From Chthoniobacteraceae bacterium (lineage in GTDB: Bacteria; Verrucomicrobiota; Verrucomicrobiia; Chthoniobacterales; Chthoniobacteraceae): 41,272 nt of DNA. Position 1 is the stretch's first letter; each line of letters starts with the position of its first letter. The stretch lies in contig JBBCKI010000065.1 of assembly GCA_037190965.1 (NCBI GenBank), positions 1-41,272 on the forward strand, read 5' to 3'. Of this stretch, positions 15,868 to 25,738 are shown piece after piece. The notes beneath the pieces were generated by a model that saw nothing but the letters and a program-made list of their open reading frames with translations, searched no databases and was not told the origin of the DNA. Both the position numbers and the translations under genes were made by a program.

Positions 15868-18060
15868 ATGGCAAAAATTACCCTCGTCGGCGCGGGCAGC
15901 GTCGTTTTCTCCAAAAGTCTGATCTGCGATATTCTGCAGTTTCCAGCCCTCGCCGGCTCGACCATCTGTTTGATGGACATCGATCCGAGCCGACTGGCAG
16001 CAGCCGAAAAGCTTGCCCGGCGCATCGTCGCGCAACTGGGCGTCAAAGCTCGCATTGAGGCAACCACCGACCTTCGTAAAGCATGCGCCGGGGCCAAGTT
16101 TGCCATCACCGCGATCCAGGTGGGCGGGTACAAACCCTCCACCGTCGTTGATTTCGAGATCCCTGCAAAATACGGGGTGCAGCAGACCATCGCGGACACT
16201 CTTGGCGTGGGCGGCGTCTTTCGCGCGCTCCGTTCCATTCCGGAACTCGTCAAGGTAGCCCGGGCGCTTCAGGAAGTCGGCGCGGCCGACCCGGTGCTCC
16301 TCAACTACACCAACCCGATGGCGATGAACATGTGGGCCATCGACCGGCTCACCGGCATCTCTTCCGTCGGCCTTTGCCATAGCGTGCAGGGGACCTCGCG
16401 CCAGCTCTCAACCTACTGCGGCCTCGATTTCAAGGACGTCAGCTACCTGGTCGCGGGGATCAACCACATGGCGTTCTTCCTCAAATTCGAATACAAGGGC
16501 AAAGACGCCTATCCGCTTCTCTTCCGTGCGCTGGACAACCCGAGCGCCGTCGCGGCGGACCGGGTGCGCTTCGAAATGATGCGCCGGCTCGGCTATTTCG
16601 TCACGGAATCGAGCGAGCATCACAGCGAATATGTCCCTTACTTCATTCACCATGGCCGTGAGGTGATTGAGGAGTTCGGGATTCCCATCAACGAATACAT
16701 CCGCCGTTGCGAATCGATGACGGGCCGATGGGACAAGGTTGAGAAGGATCTTCTCGACGAGAGCAAGCCCGTGCAGATTCACCGTAGCGTGGAGTACGGC
16801 TCCACGATCATCCACTCCATCGTCTCCGGTGAGCCGAGCGTCATCTACGGCAACGTGCCCAACCACGGCCTGATTACCAATTTGACCGAGGGGTGCTCCG
16901 TGGAGGTCCCGTGTCTGGTGGACAAACAGGGGATCCAGCCGACCCACATCGGCGCGTTGCCGCCGCAACTTGCCGCGATCATCCACACCAACCTCAACGT
17001 GCAGGAACTGACCGTGGAAGCTGCCGTCACCAACCAGCGTGAGTACATCTACCAGGCCGTGATGATGGACCCGCATACCGCCACCGTCCTGACGCTGGAC
17101 AAGATCTGGGCCATGTGCGACGAGCTGATCGAAGCTCACCAGAAGGACGGCTACCTCGGCGAGTTCAAGCCGGTGGCCCGCAACACCGGCAAGCCGCTCA
17201 ACGCCCTCTCCCGCGTTTTCCTCTCATTCCAGCCGGTGGGTGTTCCCTTCCTCGAAGATGGAAGCCGCAAGGCCGAGTTCCGTCTCGTGGCGGAGAACCA
17301 GACGGCGGCAGCCTTCGATCAGGAAGTGGAACTCGTCGCGGAAGGAGCCGAAGTCGCCTTCTCGCCGTCCGACCGGATTCGCGTGACGGTCGCCGCCGGC
17401 GAGAAGATCGAGATTCCGTTCTCCATCGAAATCGGAGCGGAAATCGCCGAAGACCTGAAGCTTTCCATCGTTTCACCCTCGCTGGAAACCGTCGAACTCG
17501 ATTTCACCCTTCCCAAGCGCGCACAGCTCTCAGTTCCCGTGAGCGAGAGCGGTGCGGAGAAGCTGCCAATCCGGATCGAGTGGTCCGGCAACAAGGTAGC
17601 CGATTGCAACCTCTGGCTGACCTCCAGCGAACTGGTGCTGGAAGCGCATGTGGACGACACCGACATCAAAACCGACTCCAAAGCCTTCTGGGAAGCCAGC
17701 GCGGTGGAATTGGGCATCAAAGATCCGCTTCTGCCCGCTTCGCCCGTCACGCCGGTGGTCATTCTGCCCAACCCCGAAAAACCGGAAGTGGTTGCATGGA
17801 ACCGTGGCTTCACGGGAGGGGACGCCGTTCGGGGAGCTTCCGCGACGGTCTGCCAGGACGCGAACGGCTATACGCTCGCCCTCCGGCTGAACCTTGCCGA
17901 GATCGGGATCAAACCGGGCAGTCCGTTGCTCTTTGAAATGGTCTTCTTCGTCAATGCGCTCGGCACCGCACACGGGCGGATCTCCGCCTCCTGGAAGGGG
18001 ACGGCGGACTTCTTCTTCGGAGATCAATCGCGTTTTGCGTTGCTGACCCCGGCGAAATAG
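15868..18060 (+). CDS. melA: GH4 NAD+-dependent alpha-galactosidase (MelA-like) with ~290-aa C-terminal extension
   Basis: KITLVGAGSVVF, QTIADTLGVGG, LLNYTNPM, GLCHSVQGT, AGINHMAF, TESSEH; extra beta-rich domains after about aa 435. Confidence 0.85.
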   Translation: MAKITLVGAGSVVFSKSLICDILQFPALAGSTICLMDIDPSRLAAAEKLARRIVAQLGVKARIEATTDLRKACAGAKFAITAIQVGGYKPSTVVDFEIPAKYGVQQTIADTLGVGGVFRALRSIPELVKVARALQEVGAADPVLLNYTNPMAMNMWAIDRLTGISSVGLCHSVQGTSRQLSTYCGLDFKDVSYLVAGINHMAFFLKFEYKGKDAYPLLFRALDNPSAVAADRVRFEMMRRLGYFVTESSEHHSEYVPYFIHHGREVIEEFGIPINEYIRRCESMTGRWDKVEKDLLDESKPVQIHRSVEYGSTIIHSIVSGEPSVIYGNVPNHGLITNLTEGCSVEVPCLVDKQGIQPTHIGALPPQLAAIIHTNLNVQELTVEAAVTNQREYIYQAVMMDPHTATVLTLDKIWAMCDELIEAHQKDGYLGEFKPVARNTGKPLNALSRVFLSFQPVGVPFLEDGSRKAEFRLVAENQTAAAFDQEVELVAEGAEVAFSPSDRIRVTVAAGEKIEIPFSIEIGAEIAEDLKLSIVSPSLETVELDFTLPKRAQLSVPVSESGAEKLPIRIEWSGNKVADCNLWLTSSELVLEAHVDDTDIKTDSKAFWEASAVELGIKDPLLPASPVTPVVILPNPEKPEVVAWNRGFTGGDAVRGASATVCQDANGYTLALRLNLAEIGIKPGSPLLFEMVFFVNALGTAHGRISASWKGTADFFFGDQSRFALLTPAK

Positions 18061-18089
18061 GCGGCGACAGATACAGAAATTGCAGGAAG

Positions 18090-18125
18090 GAGCGCCGGGT
18101 CATTTGCCCGGCGCTCTTTTCTTTT
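18090..18125 (+). terminator. Rho-independent terminator after the GH4 gene
   Basis: GAGCGCCGGG-TCATTTG-CCCGGCGCTC then TTTTCTTTT. Confidence 0.8.
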
Positions 18126-18174
18126 CCGTTTTCCGGCTTCTTTTCAGACGCGCCGGGTGCATATTGCGGGTCTC

Positions 18175-19143
18175 ATGCTCGGATATTACGTTCATCACCT
18201 GAGTCCGTTCATCATCGAGTTCGGCAACGGGTTCGGAATTCGCTGGTACGGCATGGCTTACGTGCTCGGCTTTCTCGCGGGGTACGCGCTTCTCCACTGG
18301 TTTTCGAAGCACGGCTACTCCGAACTCTCGCCCGACAAGGTGGGCGACTTCATTTTCGGGACCGCCTTCTGGGGGGTGCTGGTGGGCGGGCGACTCGGTT
18401 ATATCCTCTTTTACGACTTCAACGAGGTCCTGCACGATCCGTTGCGGCTTTTTCGGGTATGGGAAGGGGGGATGGCCAGTCACGGCGGCATTCTCGGGAT
18501 CATCCTCTACACTTACTGGTACTCGCGCCGGCACCAAATCTCCTGGCTGGGGCTGGGGGACGATCTCGTGGTTGCCGCGCCGATCGGTCTGTTCTGCGGC
18601 CGCATCGCCAACTTCATCAATGGCGAGCTCTTCGGACGCATTACAACCGTCCCATGGGCGGTGCAGTTCCCCAAGGAGATCCTGGAAAATCGCGCCTTGG
18701 CGGACCGCGCCTCGATGGCGGTTGCTTCCAAGATCGATCCTTCGCTGCTCGAACCGCACGCCATCGTGGAGGCGTCGCAAACCAGCGAGCCGGTGAGGCA
18801 GGTCCTCTCTCACATCCTGAACCCGCGTCATCCCTCCCAGATTTACGAGGCATTGTTGGAAGGCGCGCTCCTTTTTGCGGCACTCTGGGTCTTGCGGACG
18901 AAGGTGCGGCCAATGCAAGGAGTCGTCACGGGTGTGTTCTTCATCCTTTACGCCCTTTTGCGGATTGTCGGCGAGATGTTCCGTGAGCCTGATACCGGGA
19001 TCGCGTTGACCTGGGGCCTTTCACGTGGGCAGTTCCTCTCGCTTTTCATGATCGCCATCGGCGCGGTGTTTATCGTGATGGCGAAGAAACGGGGAAAGCC
19101 GTCGTATCATGGCGAAAGTCAGGAAGCTAAAGCTGCCTCGTGA
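18175..19143 (+). CDS. lgt: Prolipoprotein diacylglyceryl transferase
   Basis: IRWYG, GGRLGY, WEGGMASHGG, GRIANFINGELFGR, RHPSQIYEA, EMFREPD. Confidence 0.97.
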   Translation: MLGYYVHHLSPFIIEFGNGFGIRWYGMAYVLGFLAGYALLHWFSKHGYSELSPDKVGDFIFGTAFWGVLVGGRLGYILFYDFNEVLHDPLRLFRVWEGGMASHGGILGIILYTYWYSRRHQISWLGLGDDLVVAAPIGLFCGRIANFINGELFGRITTVPWAVQFPKEILENRALADRASMAVASKIDPSLLEPHAIVEASQTSEPVRQVLSHILNPRHPSQIYEALLEGALLFAALWVLRTKVRPMQGVVTGVFFILYALLRIVGEMFREPDTGIALTWGLSRGQFLSLFMIAIGAVFIVMAKKRGKPSYHGESQEAKAAS

Positions 19144-20018
19144 ATCCCATCGTAGTATGGCTTGCTGATGGAAGAGCGCTGTTTATAGGAAGCATCATGA
19201 CGGCCGGTGCGTTTCTGGTAAAAGAGCGGCTGGGCCAGGGATTGTGGCGGTCGGTGCTTTCCATTGTCGGCGTGATCGGGGTCCTGGTGCTCGCTGCTTC
19301 GTCCGCTCCGCTTGCTCCCTTGATCTACGGTTGCTGGTTCGGCTTATGGGTCGCTGCCATTTTTGCTTCCAGACAAAGAACGTTGATCCGTTACAAGCTG
19401 GGCTCGATTGTCGCGTTTTGCCTCGCTTCCCTGGCGCTCTGCCTGGCGGAGCTTCCATACCTGCGCTCGCCGAGGATCGCGATTTCCGACAATGCTCGTA
19501 TTTACGTTCTCGGTGATTCAATCAGTGCGGGCATGGGAACACCGGAGCGCACCTGGCCTTCGGTTTTGGGGGATATCTCGAAACTCGATATCACCAATTT
19601 GGCCCAACCCGGGGCAACAACGGCGTCCGCTTTGATTCAGGCCCAAGGTATCGCTTCATCGGGGGCGCTTGTCTTGATTGAAATTGGAGGGAACGACATG
19701 CTGGGCGGAACCTCCTCTGCGCGTTTCCGCGATGATCTTGAAAAATTGCTTATCCAATTGCAGGGGAATCGCCTCGTTATGTTCGAGCTTCCTCTTCTGC
19801 CGTTTCATGGCGAATTCGGCAGAGCGCAAAGAAGTCTGGCGATGAAGTACGGCGTCACACTGATTCCCAAACACTATCTGGCCGGTATCATCGGAGCCAA
19901 AGGAGCGACGCTCGACGGATTGCATTTATCCCAAGCCGGGCACAACGAGCTTGCCAAGCAGGTAAATGCGCTATTGAGGCGCGATTCGGCAATTATCCTT
20001 CCGCCAGACCAGCAGTGA
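19140..20018 (+). CDS. SGNH/GDSL esterase (TesA-like) with N-terminal membrane helices
   Basis: LGDSISAG, IGGNDML, DGLHLS; GTGA overlap with lgt. Confidence 0.85.
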   Translation: MNPIVVWLADGRALFIGSIMTAGAFLVKERLGQGLWRSVLSIVGVIGVLVLAASSAPLAPLIYGCWFGLWVAAIFASRQRTLIRYKLGSIVAFCLASLALCLAELPYLRSPRIAISDNARIYVLGDSISAGMGTPERTWPSVLGDISKLDITNLAQPGATTASALIQAQGIASSGALVLIEIGGNDMLGGTSSARFRDDLEKLLIQLQGNRLVMFELPLLPFHGEFGRAQRSLAMKYGVTLIPKHYLAGIIGAKGATLDGLHLSQAGHNELAKQVNALLRRDSAIILPPDQQ

Positions 20019-23000
20019 TCTTCTCGATCGCTTCCTCCAGCTTGGCAATGCTGATCGGTTTGGTGAGGTGCTCGGAGAAGCCCGCGTCGCGGCTGCGGCG
20101 GAGGTCGTCGTCCATGCCGAAACCGCTCATGGCAATGCCGGGTATCCGCGCGGTCTTCTGAAGCGCCTGCATCAACTCCAGCCCGCTGCCGTCGGGCAGG
20201 CCGATGTCGCTCAGGAGCAGGTCGTAGGAGAAGCGTTTTGCAAGCTCGAGCGCCGCCTCCATGGTGGCGCCGTAGTCGACCTGGTAGCCTCGCCGTTCGA
20301 GGATCTTGCAGAGAAGCGCGCCGGTTTCGCAATTATCTTCCACCAGCAGAATGCGGAGTTCGCGGGAGCGGCCTGTTTTCTGCGGCGTGTCCGAAGGGTT
20401 GTGCCGGGGGATGCCGCTCCATTCGGTAATGGTGAACTCGATGACAAATTTCGTACCGAGGTCGAGCCCCGGGCTATGAGCGCTGATCGTGCCGCCGTGG
20501 GCCTCAACAAGGTTCTTGGTGATGGCCAGCCCCAGCCCCAGCCCGCCGAACCGTCTGCCGCGCGATTTCTCGCCCTGCTCGAACGCGTTGAAAATCTTCG
20601 AGAGCAGGGCAGGCTCGATGCCGATACCGGTGTCTTCCACCTCGATCTGGATTCTGTCCTTTCCCGTATTGCGGGACCGGAAGATCAGGGAACCGCCCTG
20701 GGCGGTGAATTTGACGGCATTTTTGATCAGGTTCCAGAAAACCTGCTGGAGCCGGGCGGGATCGGCGTGGATATGGTGTTTCGCGGCGGAAAGGCCGAGA
20801 GAAACACAGAGATGCTTGCTGTCGATATCCGCGCGGCAGATGTCGATGGCGCTCTGCAACAGGGCGTGGGCGTCAGTGGGTGCTTTTTGGAGTTGAAGCT
20901 TGCCGCGCTGGATGCGGGTCAGGTCGAGCAGATCGTCGATCAGTCGCGCCTCCAGTTCGATATTACGCCGCGTCATCTCCATGACTTTGCGCATGGAGTC
21001 TGATATCGACGGGTCGCGGCTCAGTTCGTCCGCGGCGAGGAGTACCGGCGTCAGCGGGGTGCGCAGTTCATGGCTTAATACCGCCAGGAACTGGTCTTTG
21101 GCGGCATTGGCAGCTTCGGCCTCTACTTTCGTTGCGGTGATCTCCGCGAGCAGGCGGTTGTTGTCGAGAGCCAGCGCGGTGCGGCGGGCCACCTCCTCGG
21201 CAAGGGAGAGATCGCGGGTGGTGAACCGGCGGCCCGATTCCATCGTGCTGAAGGTGATGACGCCGAGGATCTCGCGATGCCCCCGCAGCGGCACGCTCAT
21301 CGTGGAGCGCAGGCCGAGTTCGTGAAGAATCTTCCGATGGTGCTCATCGGCGGACAGCGCTTCCAGCAGCCAATCGTCGATCTCTGCGGCAAGCTCCGCC
21401 ATGCCCGAGCGAATCACCTGGGTGATCCCCTTGGTTCGTTCCGGGGAAGGGGGGAAGCGGCGATCGATCTCCACCACCAGTTCCACCTTCCTCGGATCCA
21501 TGTGCGAGACGGCTGCAAGCTGGAGTCCCATTTCGGAGACGAGGTGAACCGTGCAGAGATCGGCGATCTTCGGGACGGCCAGTTCGGCCACGCTTTGCAG
21601 CGTGCTGATCTCGTCAAGCGACGCGGAGAGAAGGGTGCTCGCGTCCGCGAGAAACCGCATCGCCTCTTCGGCCCGTTTCTGATCCTCAATATCCGTGGAA
21701 GTGCCAAACCATTTGTTGATGCGGCCGGCGCGGTCATGCACGGGCAGCGCGCGGATCAGGTGCCAACGGGAAACGCCGTCCTTGCGGACGATTCTGGCCT
21801 CCACCTCGTAACGGCTGCCGGAGGCGATTGACGTATGCCATTCCTCCGCGCAGCGCGCTTCGTCATCGGGATGAAAGGCCGACAGCCAGGCATGTCCGCG
21901 CGAGTTGTCGAAGGAGAACCCCGTGTAGTCGAACCATCGTTGGTTGAAGAAATCGACAAGGCCGTTGGCTCCCGCAGTCCAGACGATCTGGGGAATAGCC
22001 TCCGCCGCCTTGGCGTACTGGGCGGCCACCTCTTGTCGCATCTCGTCTGCCCGACGACGTTCGCTCACGTCGCGAAAGACCACGACACAGCCGACAATGG
22101 CAGCGCGGGAGTCGAGAATCGGCGCCGCCTTGTCTTCCACGGGAATCGCGGTGCCATCTCTCGCGATCAATGTCGCAAATGCGGAATGCCTCGTGATTCC
22201 TCCGTGGTTAAGCACCCGTTGTACGGGATTCTCCAGCGGAAGGTTGTTGCTGGTGTCGAGAAGGTGGAAAATCTTTGCGGCGGGGAGTCCCACCGCTTCC
22301 CGTTCCGGCCAGCCTGTGAGTTTTTCCGCCACGGGGTTGAGGAACTGCACATGTCCGGTTTCATCCGTGGCGATCACCGCGTCGGCAATGCTCGATAGCA
22401 TGACTTGCAGCCATTCCCGATGTTGCTTGGCCGCCTTTATGGCTTGCTGTCGTTCCTTTTCGGAGAGGTCGATGGCGTGGGCGTTGACCCAGATCAGCCC
22501 CGTAATGAGAATAATGCTTCCAATGGTAAAGAGCGTATTGTGCAGGGCGCTGTCGTAGAGGCCGGAGCGTTGCCCCGCAATGGTCGCCGCGCCGATCGCT
22601 GTTAGCATCAGGATTCCTGCGGGAAGGATCCGGCGCGCCATTTGCCCCGCCGCGCTACTGCTGAGGAAAAGCTCCATGACGCCCGAGGCGGGCCGCGATA
22701 ACAGGATTCCCGTTCCGAAGATCAGGAATGCCGTCGCCGCGAGAGGCGCCATGGAGCACTCTGCGGGAGGACGCAAATCCGGGGCGGCCACGGTGAAGAC
22801 ATAACGGAGAACCGTCCAGAGCCCGCTGATGATAACGACAATGGCCAGCCATTGCGAAGGCCGCCACTTCGATCGGCCCTGGTAATCGATCAAAAACACT
22901 GCCAGCGAAGAGGGAATGATGGCGAGATAAGTCGAGAGGTGAGGCGTGAACTCCAGGGTGGGAAAAAGCGCCGCGGAAACTCCCACCCATTTCCCGGAGA

Positions 23001-23343
23001 AAAACCCAAATTCGGAAAGCAGCCCCAATGTCAGGGCAATTGCCGAAAATACCCGAGCCGTGAAATTCAATAGCCTGGAGTCGCTTTGGAGAAAGCCAAG
23101 CGAGATTCCCAGTAAAAGAATGCAGGCGGCCTTCACCCCCCTCATGGGCGGAAGATCCAGGAGTAGCAGGTCCTGAAACACCGACAATTCCATCAGCCAG
23201 CCGGCGACGCCGAAAGCCCCTGTGGATACCACAAAAGCGCAAGCCATCCATGCCGCCCGCCGCCAGCTTTTCAGGAGGGCTTCGGGGTACGGGTTCGTGC
23301 TTTCAGTGGAAGGGGGAAGAGTCAAAATGGGAGGGGACGCCAC
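19993..23343 (-). CDS. Hybrid sensor histidine kinase (multi-TM, PAS, PAS, GAF, HisKA, HATPase, receiver)
   Basis: FLAVLSHELRTPL, QVFWNLIKNAVKFT, DTGIGI, GGLGLGL, ILLVEDN...LLSDIGLPDGSG...HLTKP. Exact start uncertain. Confidence 0.95.
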   Translation of the reverse strand: MASPPILTLPPSTESTNPYPEALLKSWRRAAWMACAFVVSTGAFGVAGWLMELSVFQDLLLLDLPPMRGVKAACILLLGISLGFLQSDSRLLNFTARVFSAIALTLGLLSEFGFFSGKWVGVSAALFPTLEFTPHLSTYLAIIPSSLAVFLIDYQGRSKWRPSQWLAIVVIISGLWTVLRYVFTVAAPDLRPPAECSMAPLAATAFLIFGTGILLSRPASGVMELFLSSSAAGQMARRILPAGILMLTAIGAATIAGQRSGLYDSALHNTLFTIGSIILITGLIWVNAHAIDLSEKERQQAIKAAKQHREWLQVMLSSIADAVIATDETGHVQFLNPVAEKLTGWPEREAVGLPAAKIFHLLDTSNNLPLENPVQRVLNHGGITRHSAFATLIARDGTAIPVEDKAAPILDSRAAIVGCVVVFRDVSERRRADEMRQEVAAQYAKAAEAIPQIVWTAGANGLVDFFNQRWFDYTGFSFDNSRGHAWLSAFHPDDEARCAEEWHTSIASGSRYEVEARIVRKDGVSRWHLIRALPVHDRAGRINKWFGTSTDIEDQKRAEEAMRFLADASTLLSASLDEISTLQSVAELAVPKIADLCTVHLVSEMGLQLAAVSHMDPRKVELVVEIDRRFPPSPERTKGITQVIRSGMAELAAEIDDWLLEALSADEHHRKILHELGLRSTMSVPLRGHREILGVITFSTMESGRRFTTRDLSLAEEVARRTALALDNNRLLAEITATKVEAEAANAAKDQFLAVLSHELRTPLTPVLLAADELSRDPSISDSMRKVMEMTRRNIELEARLIDDLLDLTRIQRGKLQLQKAPTDAHALLQSAIDICRADIDSKHLCVSLGLSAAKHHIHADPARLQQVFWNLIKNAVKFTAQGGSLIFRSRNTGKDRIQIEVEDTGIGIEPALLSKIFNAFEQGEKSRGRRFGGLGLGLAITKNLVEAHGGTISAHSPGLDLGTKFVIEFTITEWSGIPRHNPSDTPQKTGRSRELRILLVEDNCETGALLCKILERRGYQVDYGATMEAALELAKRFSYDLLLSDIGLPDGSGLELMQALQKTARIPGIAMSGFGMDDDLRRSRDAGFSEHLTKPISIAKLEEAIEKITAGLAEG

Positions 23344-23412
23344 TAAGTTTAACGATTCTCTTTCGAAAGCAAGTAAGATGCCGATGAGTTAAACATTGTT
23401 GGCCATTTTTAT

Positions 23413-24339
23413 TTATCGCGAAACAAGGGCAATCGCTCCGGCCACCGCGAGAAGGCCACCGGCAATGGAGCGCACGGAGGGGCGCTCTCCATTCAGGTAA
23501 AAGGCCAGGGGCATGGCGAGAACAGGCGAGGTGGCGACAATCGGCAGCACCACGCCGCTGGCCGTGCTCGCCAGCGCATGCTGATAACACGCGATCCCCA
23601 ACACCGGTCCGGCCACCGCGTTGAGAATCGTCCATGGCAAGGCTCCCTTCCATCGCGCCCGCGTGGAAAGGGGCTGCGGGGCGGGAGCCGTACCGCGAAC
23701 TTGTCTCCAAGCCTTGGTGAACCCGTAAAAAACGGCCATCAAAGCGATGCCGCCGAGCATTCGCTGGTAGGCTGCCGTGCCGCCGTCGATGCCTATGCCT
23801 TCCGCGGCGGCGACATGATAAGCTTTCCGGCTGATCACGGCTCCCAGTCCCTGGCCCAAGGCTGCCGCAACGCCCAAAGCGGCCCCGGTTCGAATGGCCT
23901 TCAACGTCTTGCCTGTCTTCCGGGCGTCCGCTTTTTTGTCCGGGGCCAGCGCCAGGCAGACTCCTGAGAGAATGAGCAGACACCAAAGCAGTTCCGTGTC
24001 GCTCGGTTTGGTACCCAGCCAGAACCCTTCCGTCATCATGGCGACGGGCGCGGCGAGGCACTGGGTGAGCATGATGGCCAGGCGTGGGCCGATGCGGGGT
24101 AACGCTTGAAAGAATGCCAGATCACCCAAACCGAAGCCGATTGCACCGCTTGCCAGAAAATAAGGGAAGGAACCACCGCTCCATCCACCGCCCCATCCAT
24201 GAGCCCAGAGGCTCAGGATCGCGAGAGCGATGATCATCCTGCTTAAATTGGCCGCCGAGCCGCCGATCCAATGGGCGGCCCTGGCGGCGAACATGGCGGA
24301 AAGCGCAAAAAAGAGAGCGGTGGCAAGAGCGGCAAACAT
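23413..24339 (-). CDS. DMT/EamA family transporter
   Basis: About 10 TM helices; SGAIGFGLGDLAFFQALPRIGPR; TSPVLAMPLAFYLNGER. Confidence 0.88.
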   Translation of the reverse strand: MFAALATALFFALSAMFAARAAHWIGGSAANLSRMIIALAILSLWAHGWGGGWSGGSFPYFLASGAIGFGLGDLAFFQALPRIGPRLAIMLTQCLAAPVAMMTEGFWLGTKPSDTELLWCLLILSGVCLALAPDKKADARKTGKTLKAIRTGAALGVAAALGQGLGAVISRKAYHVAAAEGIGIDGGTAAYQRMLGGIALMAVFYGFTKAWRQVRGTAPAPQPLSTRARWKGALPWTILNAVAGPVLGIACYQHALASTASGVVLPIVATSPVLAMPLAFYLNGERPSVRSIAGGLLAVAGAIALVSR

Positions 24340-24421
24340 GAGCGCTCTCCTGATAGCGCGGATTCCTGCAAACTGAAATCCGAAGTTGTCGCAGGTCTCC
24401 GGTAGAGCCTATTCTTGTTTT

Positions 24422-25738
24422 ATGGAATCCCGTTCCCTTGCGCTCCACTGGAAGATTGTCATCGCCCTCGTTCTCGCCGTGATGGCGGGGCTGACGCTTC
24501 CTGAGCAGATCGGCGGATTGAAGACGACAGCCTGCCTCGAGTTCGCGGGTCAACTCTTTCTTCGCGCGCTGCAAATGCTGGTGACGCCGTTGATCGTTCT
24601 GGCTGTCGTCTCCGCTTTGGCGAAAATGGGGGAGGAGAAGGCATTCGGACGGCTGGGCATCAAGACGCTCACATTTTATGCCTCGACGACCCTCCTCGCC
24701 GTGCTCATCGGGCTGGTCTGCACGAACACGCTGCGGCCAGGCGAGGTGGCCCCGGAAGTTTCCGAGGCGATGATCGCCGCCGCGAATCGGGACGGTGAGA
24801 AACTGGCCGTCAAATGGGAAGGGCGCGGCGCGGGCGATGTCGTCGGCGTGTTTCAACGGATGATTCCCGAGAACGTCGTCGCGGCCGCAGCCCAGAATCG
24901 CGAAATGCTGGCTGTGATCTTCTTCAGTATTCTTTTCGGTTACTTCATTACCCAGTTGCCGGAGGAACGTCGCGAGCGGTACGCGCGTTGGTGGGAGGAT
25001 GGTTACGAGGTGATGATCCGGATGACCAATTGGGTGATCGGCTTTACCCCCTACGGCGTCTTTGCCCTCGTGGCGGCCACCGTGGCGGAGACAGGGCTTG
25101 CCGCGTTCGCGCCGCTGGCGAAATTTTTCTTCACCGTTCTGCTCGGGCTGGTGCTGCATATGTTTGTCGCGCTTCCCTTGCTGATGAAGGCCTTCGGTTT
25201 GCCGGCCACCCGCCATTACCGCGCGATGGCCCCGGCATTGCTGACGGCGTTTTCGACCGCTTCCTCCGCCGCCGCGTTGCCGCTCAACCTGGAATGCGCG
25301 CAGAAGAATGCGGGGATTTCCAAGCGAGTCGCGAGTTTCACGCTTCCCCTGGGTGCCACCGTCAACATGGACGGCACGGCCCTCTACGAATGCGCGGTCG
25401 TGCTATTCATCGCGCAGATTTACGGCGTCGACCTTTCGTTTGCAACGCAGGTCACGGTGGTGGTGCTGTCATTGCTGACTTCCATCGGCGTGGCGGGAAT
25501 CCCGGCCGCCAGTCTCGTCGCGATCGTCATCATTCTCGGTGCGGTCGGGCTGCCCAAGGAGGCCATTGGCATTGTGTTGGCCGTGGATCGCATCCTTGAT
25601 ATGTGCCGTACGACCGTGAACATCTTCGGCGACACCTGCTGCGCGGCCATCATCGCCAAGACGGAGGGGGAGACCCCTTACCAGCTTGCGCCGGTGCCGA
25701 TGCCCTCTTCTGCCCCCGCGGAATCTACAAAGTTCTGA
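24422..25738 (+). CDS. Dicarboxylate/amino acid:cation symporter (GltP/GltT-like, probably Glu/Asp)
   Basis: ATG 24422; TAFSTASSAAALP, LPLGATVNMDGTALYE, AVDRILDMCRTTVN. The Arg at the GltPh R397-equivalent position suggests an acidic substrate. Confidence 0.93.
   Translation: MESRSLALHWKIVIALVLAVMAGLTLPEQIGGLKTTACLEFAGQLFLRALQMLVTPLIVLAVVSALAKMGEEKAFGRLGIKTLTFYASTTLLAVLIGLVCTNTLRPGEVAPEVSEAMIAAANRDGEKLAVKWEGRGAGDVVGVFQRMIPENVVAAAAQNREMLAVIFFSILFGYFITQLPEERRERYARWWEDGYEVMIRMTNWVIGFTPYGVFALVAATVAETGLAAFAPLAKFFFTVLLGLVLHMFVALPLLMKAFGLPATRHYRAMAPALLTAFSTASSAAALPLNLECAQKNAGISKRVASFTLPLGATVNMDGTALYECAVVLFIAQIYGVDLSFATQVTVVVLSLLTSIGVAGIPAASLVAIVIILGAVGLPKEAIGIVLAVDRILDMCRTTVNIFGDTCCAAIIAKTEGETPYQLAPVPMPSSAPAESTKF

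Noticed and set aside
18670..18820. Roughly 45-aa insertion in Lgt before RHPSQ
   Set aside because: This periplasmic head region is known to vary in length among Lgt proteins.
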